A stretch of 64,000 bases of DNA from the NCBI RefSeq assembly GCF_009914755.1, contig NC_060931.1. One strand, written 5' to 3'. The DNA comes from the human T2T-CHM13v2.0 reference genome, Homo sapiens. A model generated the notes under the pieces. The model was given only the letters and a program-made list of their open reading frames with translations. It ran no database searches and was not told the origin of the DNA. The position numbers were made by a program, and so were the translations under genes. This document shows, in pieces, positions 50,241-64,000 of the stretch (positions within the stretch are counted from its first letter, which is position 1; each line of letters begins with the position of its first letter).

Positions 50241-50564
50241 ATCAACCCCACTTAATCTTATTTTTATGCCATACTTGGGAGTTGTGAAGATCTGCCTTTC
50301 CATGAGTTGAAAGGAAAGCTATAGAAACAAGGTTTGAGGATGAAAAAAAGTCTTGACTTACTTGATTTTCATTGAACGTGTGAAAGATTAATTGTAAATA
50401 TTTACCTTTTTCCATTTTTACAAATGACAAAAAAGAAGAGTAGAAAAGACAAATTTCAGTAGGTAAGATGTAATTTAAATGTCAATGAAAATTAAAATGT
50501 TCATATAAAGTTAAAACCCTAGGACAGGGTACTGAAGAATGTGTCATACTGTGAGACATGGTTA

Positions 50565-51322
50565 GTTTTTATTTTGAATAAATTGAGGTAAAATGTAGAC
50601 AGAATGAAATGTATAGATCATAAGTACACAATTTGGTGAGTTTTGAAAAATATATCATCTGTGTAACCAACACTCCTATCAAGATATGGAATACTTCCAT
50701 CACCCCAGAAAGTTCCCATCTCTCCCCTTCTGGTCAGTCCACAGCTCCAGCCCCAGGCAAACACTGGTCTGATTTCTGTCACCATAGATTAGTTTTGCCT
50801 GATTTTTAGCTTCATATAAATTCAGTCATACAGTAAGTACACTGTTATGTCTGAATTCTTTGACTTGGGATTATGTTTTCAGATTTATACATGTTAGCAG
50901 ACTCTTTTATATTGCCAAATGGTACTCCATCATATAACTATACCACACTTTGTCTTTTTATGATATGTGTTCAAGATGTAAATGCTGTGTCATATATATA
51001 TGATATAGTGAAATCTTCACTTTCATCTGTGGAAATCCTTTTCATTTTCATAACAATATCTTTTGATGAGTAGAACTTTTAAACTTCTATGAAGTCAATT
51101 ACCAATTGTTTTTCTTTCAAATTTAGTGCATTTTGCATCCTGCCTACTTATAAACTTTGCTTTTCCCAAGATCACCTATTTTTTTCAAGAAACTTTATTC
51201 TTTTCACTTTTTTATCTTTGTCTTTGATTCATCTAGAATCATTTTTTTTTGAATGGTTTGTGATATGGGTCAAGGTTCATTTTTTCCCACCTTTTAACAA
51301 AATTGATTCATCACCAGCTATT
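50565..51322 (-). mobile_element. Old L1M 3' fragments
   Basis: Reverse L1 3'UTR (tccatcaccccagaaagttccc..caggcaaacactggtctgatttctgtcacc). Confidence 0.7.
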
Positions 51323-51324
51323 GA

Positions 51325-52810
<1,486 letters not shown>

Positions 52811-52959
52811 GAAAAGACTATCCTATGACCTATTGAATTGCCCAGCCACCTTTATTAAATGTCAGTTAACAATATATATGTAGGTCTATTTCTAGACACT
52901 TCATTCTGTTCCATTGATATATTGATAGTTATGCCAGTACCACTATATTGATATTGTAG

Positions 52960-53340
<381 letters not shown>

Positions 53341-53416
53341 TACTTTTAACCTATGTTTTATTTTAATTTTTTTTAATTTTGGAAGATACACAGCATATCA
53401 TTGGGATTTGCTTTTT

Positions 53417-54539
53417 TTTTTTTTTACCTTCTGGCATACATGTGCAGAATGTGCAGGTTTGTTACACAGGTATCTGTGTGCCATGGTAGTTTGCTGGACC
53501 TATCAACCTGTCACCTAGGTTTTAAGCTCCATGTACATTAGCTGTTTGTCCTGATGCTCTCCCTCCCCTTGCCTTTGCCCTGAGAGGCCCCGGTATGTGT
53601 TGTTCCTCTCCCTGTGTCCATGTATTCTCATTGTTCAGCTCCCACTTATGAGTGAAAACATGTGGCGTTTGGTTTTCTGTTCCTGTATTAGTCTGCTGAG
53701 GATGATGGCATCTAGCTTCATCCATGTCCCTGCAAAGGACATGATCTCATTCCTTTTTGTGGCTGCATAGTAGTCCATGGTGTATGTGTACCATATTTTA
53801 TTTATCCAGTCTATCATTGATGGACATTTGGGTTGGTTCCATGTCTTTGCCATTGTGAATAGTGATGCAATAAACATACATGTGCACGTATCTTTACAAT
53901 GGAATGATTTATATTCCTTTGGGTATATACCCAGTAATAGGATTGCTGGGTCAAATGGTATTTCTGGTTCTAGATCCTTGAGGAATCGCCACACTTTATT
54001 CCACAATGGTTGAACTAATTTACATTCCCACCAACAATGTAAACGTGTTTCTATTCTCCGCAGCCTCACCAGCATCTGTTGTTTCTTGACTTTTTAATAA
54101 TCGCCATTCTGACTGGTGTGAGATGGTATCTCATTGTGGTTTTGATTTGTATTTCTCTAATGACCAGTGATGATGAGCTTTTCTTCATATGTTTGTTGGC
54201 CACATACGTCTTCTTTTGAGAAATGTCTGTTCATATCCTTTGCTCACTTTTGGATGGGTTTTTTTTTTCTCATAAATTTGTTTTACGTTCTTGTAAATTC
54301 TGGATATTAGACATTTGTTAGATGGGTAAATAGCAAAAATTTTCTCCCATTCTGTAGGTTGCCTGTTTGCTCTTATGATAGTTTCCTTTGCTATGCAGAT
54401 GCTCTTCAGTTTAATTAGATCCCATTTCTCAATTTTAGCTTTTGTTGCAATTGCTTTTGCTCATTTCATTATAAAATCTTTGCCCATGCCTATGTTCTTA
54501 ATGGTATTGCCTAGGTTTTCTTCTAGAGTTTTTATGGTT
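53417..54539 (-). mobile_element. 5'-truncated L1PA7/8-like element
   Basis: Reverse 3'UTR and ORF2 C-terminus; 13-bp TSD ggatttgcttttt (53404-53416, 54540-54552). Confidence 0.93.
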
Positions 54540-54941
54540 GGATTTGCTTTTTATATAAACTGAAAATCTGTCTTTTAATTATTATGTTTAATATATAATT
54601 ATTGTTGTTGGATTAATAGCTACCATCTTACTAGCTTTGCTTTATTCCATCTGTTATTTCTTTTTAATTCTTTGTCTGCCTTCATTGACATTAATTTGAC
54701 TATATTTTATTATTCCATTTTATCTCCACTATTGGCTTATCATGTATATCTGTTTTTAAATTTTTGCCCTAGGTTTTTTTGTATGTATCTTTAATTTAGA
54801 AGACTATCTTCAAATAATGTTATACCACTTCACATATAGTGTGAGCACCTTACAAAAGTATATTCTCAATTCCTGCTTCCCTTTCTTTGTGTTATGGTTT
54901 TCAAATGTTTTACTTTTTCATGTGCTATAGAAACTCAATGA

Positions 54942-57900
54942 AGGAGGAGACAAGATGGCTGACTAGACAGTCAGGAAGCACCACTCCCACTGAGAGAGAC
55001 CAAAATATCAAGTATATCAACATACTTTGAACAGATCCTCAGAGAGAAAACACTAAGGGTTGATAGAGAGGTGATGCAGACACCAAGGTTGAAGAGAAAG
55101 CTAGGAACCCTGCATGGGGTTGCTGAATGCCGGGGCTAGTTCCTACCCCTGAACAGTCCTAGGGAAGAGGCAAGTGAAGGGATGGTGGGACAGCCTACTT
55201 TTGCTGCAGATTACTGGGATCCTAGCTACAAGAGATTTCATGACCCCCACAGATATTTGAACTGTCAGGGGAATCTGCCTAGAGAGTAGGCAGAGACAGA
55301 GCTTTCGCCTGCATGGAGCCCAGGGGATTTTGCACATGGGGCAGCTGAAGCAGAACACAGCCATAGGTGCCCATCTTCTAATATAAGGCCCCCTATGTTC
55401 CTCTGAGTCACTGTAACCCCAGCTGACTACAGGGTCAAGAGAGAGCAGGGCTGACTATCCTATCCCATCCTGTGGGACTGGGGCATGTCTGTTCTTCAGG
55501 CCCTCCTGCCCGCTAGCCCTTCCCAAGGCCCCTGCCTGGCTGCTCCTGCAGGAGCATGTGCACAGCACAGCCTCCTCTGCCCAACCTGGGTGCTTTGCTG
55601 GTGGCCCCATCTGAATACTTCCCAGTGGCCTAGGAGCACTTCACATCCCCCAGCACACCCAGTGCTCAACCCCAAGGGGCCAGATGGAGGCACAGGCCAG
55701 TTACAATGTCCCAGGGCTTTGGCATGCAGCTTGTGAGTGCTGAGTGTAGATCTGTGACCAGCACTTGAGCGGGAGGAGCCCCCATTCTGAGAACATTGAG
55801 AGAGGTGAGACATGCAAGCTCATGGGCCAACAAAGGAACAGGGCACACCTCCCTCTACATGACCGTCTGGGAAGGGTGTGGTGTGCCTGGGAGCCCCACA
55901 ACCTGGAACACCTAACAACAAAAAAACACAAGTGGCACCAGTGATTGGAGGGGACTCCTACAAGGCCCAGAGCGGGCCTGGTGATGGGGGTCATCTTTCC
56001 ACCTGCCCACCATAGAGTGCTGCTGCAGGTGTGCTGCAATACAAAAGAGCCCTATGGCTAAGAGCTTCTCTGCTGGCCATTACTCTCAAGCACCATCTGT
56101 GGTTTGTAGCACAAATTACAATACCAAAAACATTCTGCCCAATATACATTCATTGCCTGTAAAACCCAGGGCAAGAATCTATCCACAAATAATACCCTGT
56201 ACAGAGCTTTGGCCTTCTGAAAACACCCAGAAATGAAGCCAACTGACTATACTCAACTTAAACCACAATTAAAAGAACACCAGCCTTCTCAGATGAGAAA
56301 GAATCAGCACAAGAACTCAGATAATTCGAAAAGTCTGAGTGTCCCTTTACCTCCAAATGAGCACACTAGCTCTCCAGCAATGGTTCTTAACCAGATTGAA
56401 ATGACTGAAATGAGAGACACAGGATTCAGAATCTGGATGGCAAGGAATCTTATCGAGATTCAGGAGAAAGTTGAAACCCAATCTAGGAATCCAGTAAAAT
56501 GATCCAAGAGCTGAAAGATGTAATAGCCATTTTAAGAAAAAACCAAACTGAACTGCTGGAATTGAAAAATTCACTACAAGAATTACATAATACAGTTAGA
56601 ATCATTAACAGCAGACTAGACCAAGCTGAAGAAAACCCTCAGAGCTTGAATAAACTCATACAAAAATACAGAAGAAATAATTTTTTTAATGAACAAAACC
56701 TTTGAGAAATATGAGATTATGTAAAGATTCCAAACCTATGACCCATTGGCATTCCTGAGAGGGAAGGAGAGAGAGTAAGCAACTTGGAAAATGTATTTTA
56801 GGATATAGTTCACAAAAATTTCCCCAATCTCACTAAGGAGGTTAACATGCAAATTCAAGAAATACAGAGAACCCCTGCAAGATATTATACAAGATGACCA
56901 TCCTCATGGTACATAGTCAGCAGAATCATCCAAGTCAACATGAAAGAAAAAATCTTAAAGGCAGCGAGAGAGAAGGGTGAAGTCATGTACAAAGGGAACC
57001 CCATCCAGCTAGCCGTGAACCTTTCAGCAGAAACCTTACAAGCCAGAAGGGGGCCTATTTTCAGCATCCCTAAAGAAAGAATTCTAATCAAGAATTTCAT
57101 ATCCCATCAAACTAAGCTTCCACAAGTGAAGGAGAAATAAAATCCTTCTCAAACAAGTAAGTGCTAAGGGAAGTTGTTATCACTAGACCAGCCTTACAAG
57201 ATGATATGGAAATAAAAGAATGATACCTGCTACCACAAAAACATGCTTAACCATATAGCCCACTGTAAAGCAGTTACACAGTCAAATCTACATAGCAACC
57301 AGCTAATAACATGATGACAGGATTAAAATCTCACATATTAATACCAACACTGAATGTAAATGGTCTGAACAGACCACTTAAAAGGCATAGAGTGGCAGAC
57401 TACATAAAAAGACAAGACCCAACTGTTGGCTGTCTTCAACAGACCCGTCTCATATGTAGTAACATCCACAGGCTCAAAGTAAAGGGTTGGAGAAAGATCT
57501 ACCAGGCAAACAGAAAACAAAAAAGGCCAGGAATCACGATTCTTATATCAGATGAAACAGACTTTCAATCAACAATAATCAAGAAAAAGAAGGGCATTAC
57601 ATAAACAGTTCAATTAAACAAGAAGTCTTAACTATCCTAAATATATATAAACCCAACAATGGCGCATCCTGTTTCATAAAAGTTCTTCTTGACCTATAAA
57701 AAGACTTAGCCACACAATAACAGTAGGAGACTTTAACACCCCACTGACAGTGTTAAGATGATTGAGACAGAAAGCTAACAAAGAAATTCTAGACTTAAAC
57801 TGGACACTTGAGCAACTGGACCTAATAGAACACCCAGCAACCACAGAATATGTATTCTTCTCATTTGCACATGAAACATATTCTAAGATCAACCACATGC

Positions 57901-57995
57901 TTTGTCATAAAGCAAGACTCAATAAATTAAAAAAAATTGAAATCACCCCAAGCACATTCTCACATCACAGTGCAATAAAAATAGAAATGAATACC
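54942..57995 (+). mobile_element. Older primate L1 (L1PB / late L1PA) 5'UTR, ORF1 and ORF2 endonuclease; 3' part missing
   Basis: Starts ggaggagacaagatggctgactagac; GC-rich 5'UTR; ORF1 MRKNQHKNS at ~56293; ORF2 MMTGLKSHILIPTLNVNGLN at 57311; stops abruptly after SHHSAIKIEMN. Confidence 0.88.
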
Positions 57996-57997
57996 AT

Positions 57998-58076
57998 TAT
58001 TTTATTTTATTTTTTTTATTTATTTTATTTTATTTTATTTTATTTTATTTTATTTTATTTTATTTTATTTTATTTT
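57998..58076 (+). repeat. (TATTT)n / (TTTTA)n pentanucleotide repeat in an Alu tail
   Basis: 11 perfect TATTT units at 58021-58075, preceded by imperfect copies. Confidence 0.95.
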
Positions 58077-58369
<293 letters not shown>

Positions 58370-58816
58370 TAACTAGGAAATATTTCTTTTTATCTCTGGC
58401 ATTACATCATGTCTTTATGTTGTTTGAGAGTAATATAGTCAATACCAGTTTTCTTATGTTTACTGTTTACTTAGAATAACTCCCCGTTTTATTTTCAATC
58501 TTTTTATGAAATTATATTTTAATTCTATCTCTTATAGATAGTATATAGTAGTACCTTACTTTAAAAAATCTAATCTGACAATCTCTGCCTTTTAATTAGA
58601 GTGGTTTGACAGTCTGCATTTCGTGTATTTGCATATATGTTTGGGTTTGGCTCTATCTTATTAATTGGCCCATCTCATTTTTATTCCTCAGTTACTCCTC
58701 TTTTTGGGAAGGTTAATCAAACACCTTTTAGTATTTCATTTTAATTAAAATATTTTCTTAGGTATACCTCACGTTTAGTTTGATTGGTTTAGAAATTACA
58801 ATATACAATTTCTTAA

Positions 58817-59126
<310 letters not shown>

Positions 59127-59520
59127 TTTTATGGTCTATTTGAAATTAATATTATACCTTTTTTTGTTTGTTTTAAATGGGTCAGTTGCCTTTAAAGAAA
59201 TTAAGAGGAGAAAAAATTGTATTTTATATTTATTTATGTATTTACCATTTCTTCTCCTCTTTATTCCTTCCTGTAGATCTGAATTTCCATCTGGCATCAT
59301 TGTTTTTTTATCCCAAAGAACGTCTTTAGCATTTCTTTTCAGTTTTAAGTTGGCTGGCAGTGAATTATTTCAAATTTCATTTGTCTAATCCTGTATTTTT
59401 TCCACCACTTTTTGAAGGGCATTCTCAATGAATATAGAATTCTGAGTTGGCTTTTTTTTCTTTAAAGATATTTTTCCATTGTCTTGTAGCCTCTGTTGTC
59501 TTTAATAAGAAGACAGCCAT

Positions 59521-59660
59521 AGAATGTAGTTAAACAAGAATATATTGTACTCAGGAGATGGACACCCTAAACACCTGGACTTGATCACTACACATTACCC
59601 ATTACATACATATAACAAAATTTCACATGAACCCTATATATTTGTACAAATTTTTAAAAA
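59521..59660 (+). mobile_element. Short L1MA 3'-end insertion
   Basis: gatggacaccctaaa..gacttgatcactacacatt..aaaatttcacatg; TSD aagaa(ga/tt)cagccat. Confidence 0.65.
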
Positions 59661-59680
59661 GAATTCAGCCATAATTTATA

Positions 59681-62027
59681 CAACCATGCCTCAGAGATGC
59701 AGGTTTAGTTCCAGACCACTGCAATAAAGTGAATCTCTCAATAAAGTAAGTCACACAAATTTTTTGGTGGTGTCCAAGTGGATATGAAAGTCCATTAGGT
59801 GTGAAATAGCATCATGTCTAAAAACAACAACATCTTTGCCCTAATTAGAAATACTTTATTGCTAAAAAATTAAAATTATCATCTAAGCCTTCAGCAATTC
59901 ATATTCTTTTTGCTTGGTGGAGGATTTTGTCTCAGTGTTAATGGCTGCTGACTGATCAGGGTGGTGGTTGCTGAAGGTAGGGTGGCTCTGACAATTTCTT
60001 AAAATTAGACAGCAGTGAGTCAATTAGACATAATTGACTCTTCATGAAAGATTTCTCTGTAGCATGTGATGCTATTTGATAGCATTTTACCTACAGTAAA
60101 ACTTCTTTCAAAATTGGAGTCAGTCCTATTAAATCCTTAGTTTATAACTAATATTATGGAATATACTAAATCCTTTGTTGTCATTTCAACAATCTTCACA
60201 GCATCTTTACCAGTAATAAATTTCATGTTAAGAAACCACTTTCTTTGCTCATCCTTAAGAAGCAACTCTTTATCCAATTCAAGTTTTATTATGGGATGGA
60301 AGCAATTCAGTCACATCTTTAGGCTCTACTTCTAATTCTAGTTCTCTTGCTATTTCCACCACATCTGCAGTTACTTCCTCCAGTGAAGTTGTGTAGCCCT
60401 CAAACTTATCCATAAGGAATGAAATCAACTTCTCCTAAACTTCTGTTAATATTGGCATTTTTGCCTCCTCCCATGAATTACTAGTGTTCTGAATGGCATC
60501 TAGAATGGAAAATGCTTTCCAGAAGGTTTTCAATTTACTTTGCCCAGATCCATCAGAGGAATAGTAATTCTCTAGGCCAGCTATAGCCTTACAAAATCTA
60601 TTTCTTAAATAATAATACTTGAAAGTTGAAATTACTTCTTGATCCATGGGCTGCAGAATGGTTGTTTCGTTAACAGGCATGAAAACAATGTTAGTCTCCA
60701 GTGCATCTCCATCAGAACTCTTGGGTGACTAGATGCATTGTCAATAAGCAGTAATATTTTAAAAGGAATCTTTTTTCTGAGAGGTCAGTCTCAATAATGG
60801 GCTTAAAATATTTAGTAAAGCATGCTGTAAACAGATGTGGTGTCGTCTAGATTTTGTTGTTTTGTTTATAGAGCACAGGCAGAATAGATTTAGCATAATT
60901 CTTAAGGGCCCTAGGATTTTCAGAATGGTAAATGAGCATTGGCTTCCACTTAAAGTCACCAGCCACATTCACCCCTAAGAGGATAGTCAGTCTGTCTTTG
61001 AAGCTCTGAAGCAGGGCATTGACTTGACTTCTCTAGCTAGGAAAGTCCTAGATGTCATCTTCTTCCAATAGAAGGCTGATTGTCTACATTGAAAGCTGTT
61101 GCTTAGTGTAGCCACCTTCATCAATTATGTTAGCTAGAACTGGACAACTTGCTGAAGTTTCTGCATCATCACTTGCTGCTTAACCTTGTACTTTCATGTT
61201 ATTAATATGGCTTCTTTACTTAAACCTCATGAAGCAACCTCTGCTAGCTTCAAACTTTTCTTCTGCAGCTTCCTTACCTGTCTCTGCCCTCAAAGAATTG
61301 AAGAGAATTAGGGCCTTCCTCTGGATTAGGCTTTTGCTTAAAGGAATGTTATGGCTGGTTTGACCCAGACCACCAAACTTTTTCCATGTCAGCAATAAGA
61401 CTGTCTTATCATCTGTGTGTTCACTGGAGTAGCACTTTTAGTCTCCTTCAAGAATTTTTTTCTTTGCATTCACAACCTGGTTAACTGACACAAAAGGCCT
61501 AGCTTTTGGCCTATCTTAGCTTTTGACATGCCTTCCTCACTAAGCTTAATCATTTTTGGCTTTTGATTTAAAGAGAGAGATGTGTGACTCTCCACTTGAG
61601 CACATGGAGGCCATTGTAGGATTATTAATTGGCCTAATTTCAATATTGTTATGTCTCAGGGAATAGGGAGGCCCAAGGAAAGGGAGAAAGATGGGGGAAT
61701 GGGTGGTGGTGGAATAGTCAGAACACACACAGCAATTAAGTTCACCATTTTATATGGGTGCAGTTTGTGGTGGCCCAAAACAATTACAACAGTAACATCA
61801 AAGATCACTCATAATAGATATCATAATAATGAAAAAGTTTTAAATGTTGTGAGAATTACCAAAATATGACACAGAAACACAAAGTGAGCACATGTTGGAA
61901 AAATGGTGCTGATAGACTTGCTCAACACAAACCTTTAATTTGTTAAAAAAAAAAAAAAAAAAGAAAGAAAAAAAACAGTATCTGTGAAGCACAATAAAGC
62001 AAAGCACAATTTCACAAGGTACGCCTT
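59681..62027 (-). mobile_element. Near full-length Tigger1 DNA transposon (dead transposase)
   Basis: Both degenerate TIRs (caaccatgcctc / aggtacgcctt) with TA duplication; ~2.35 kb; transposase remnant [27 protein letters not shown] (60435-60680). Confidence 0.92.
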
Positions 62028-62044
62028 TATCATTGTTTCCTATA

Positions 62045-62272
62045 CAGATATTCTTCAATTTACATTAGGGTTACCTCTCAATAAACCAATTTTAAGCTGA
62101 AAATATCATAAATCAAAGGTGCATTTTCAACTTGTGATATTTTCAGCTCATGATGGATTTATTGGGTATAACTTCATTGTAAGTCAAGGAGGGTATTGAA
62201 TGTGTATCACTTTTACACCATTGTAAAGCTGGAAAATCATAAGTCAAACCATCATAAGTAGGAGACCATCTG
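62045..62272. mobile_element. Tigger4a-like MITE
   Basis: TA-cagatattcttcaatttac ... ataagtaggagaccatctg-TA. Confidence 0.75.
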
Positions 62273-63039
62273 TATGTAATGTGTCTTTTTCTCTTTGGCT
62301 GTCTTCAGCAATTCGACTATGGTGTGCCTAGATTTGGTTATCTTAATATTTATCCTGCTTGGAGTTTGCTGAACTTTTTGGATCCATAGGTTAGTAGGGG
62401 TTTTGCACCAAAATTTGAGAAAATTTCAGCCATTATTTCTTCACATATTTTTTTCCATACCACTCTTTCTTTCATGTTTTTTAGAATTACACATATGTTG
62501 GATTCTAGATACGTCCCCCCATGTCACTGGATATTTGTCCATTTTTTTCCCTGTCTTTCAGTTTGGACAATTTTTATTTGTTTCCAAGTTCACTGATTAT
62601 TTCTTTTGCAAGCTTTAACTCTTCTTTTTAAAATTTTCAATTATAAATTGGCAAATTATAGTTGTATATGTTTATGGCATACAAAATGATGTTATGATTT
62701 ATGAATATAGTGTGGAATAATTAAATCTTCAGCCCATTTGGTAAATCTTTCAGTTATTGTAGTTTTATTTCTAGAATTTTCATTTGGTTCAGTTTTGTTT
62801 TTTTTGTTTTTTGAGATTTCTTATCTGTTTTCTCATGATCTCTTATCTTTTCATTTTTTGTCTTTGAATATATATTCAAAGTCCTTCTCTGTTAATTCCA
62901 ACATTTGCATTATCTTGGAGTCTGCTGAATTTTATATGTATTCATGGATCACATTTTCCTGCTTCTCTGAATGCTTTACGTTTTTATCTTATGTAGAACA
63001 TTGTAAAAGATATGTTTTAGGGAGTCTGTATTACATTCT

Positions 63040-63342
<303 letters not shown>

Positions 63343-64000
63343 TGTATTATGTTCTTTTAAACATTACGTTGAATTTTGTTCTAGCAGGCAATTAAATTGC
63401 TGGCAGATCATTTTGCTTCTTTCAGGCTTGCTTTGATTTTGTATAGAGGCAGGTCTGTTTTCATTTTATCCCCAATGCTAGGTCATGACCTTTACTCTTG
63501 AATGTGGTCCTTATGCCTAAGATGCAGCCTTTCTGGAGTCACAGTTGAAAGCCTAAGGTATTCCATAAAATCTTTCCACTCTGGATAAGTTGGAATTCTA
63601 ATATATCCCAGAAGTGTATGTCCTCTGGCATCTCAGCCCGCAGTGGTGCTCTCTCCTGTCTTTCTTAGTCTCATCTTTTGACTGGGTAGCCAAACCCTCA
63701 TCCAAGGACTAGGAAACCGCTATGTAGACTGTTGAGGTTCTCTCTCTATGTAGCTTTCTTTTCCCTGGTGTCCTGACCCACAAATTTCAGCAGCCCCAAG
63801 CAACAATCTTTCCTCTTCAGCTGAAGACTGTCATACTGTTCTAAAATGCCACCTCCCTAGGCTGTAGTCCAGCAAGTACCCCTATGCAGCAAGCCAGGGC
63901 TCAACATGGGCTCACTTCATGTATTGATCTTCTTTCAAAGATCCTACATAGTTGTTCTATTTGTTGTCCAAATGCGTGAAAACAGCTCATACCCTTTAGC

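Overview
Human (or very closely related great-ape) genomic DNA from the CALD1-AGBL3 locus (7q33 in human; identified from recognised protein and UTR sequence, not from a database search). The window starts with the CALD1 terminal exon (2 coding codons plus a ~2.4 kb 3'UTR). About 16 kb of TE-rich intergenic DNA follows, including nested LTRs and a near full-length L1PA5-like element. Then come the AGBL3 (CCP3, cytosolic carboxypeptidase 3) CpG-island promoter, non-coding exon 1 and coding exons 2-5 (codons 1-139), all on the + strand. Introns are mostly LINE, Alu, LTR and DNA-transposon relics. Nearly all ORFs in the supplied track are TE-derived or spurious. I found no evidence of a wholly new gene system. 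The most unusual observations are: (1) a tailless retrocopy of a 5' tRNA-Val(AAC) half with a 15-bp TSD at 7573-7609; (2) a ~420-bp poly(A)-tailed, TSD-flanked retroposed copy of a cellular transcript 3' end in AGBL3 intron 3; (3) a 61-bp non-tandem templated insertion; (4) a two-LTR ERVL provirus that appears to lack the RT core; (5) splice phases that would allow an in-frame CALD1::AGBL3 read-through fusion; (6) inverted L1 and Alu pairs around AGBL3 exon 5. Repeat subfamily names are from memory of consensus sequences and are approximate.
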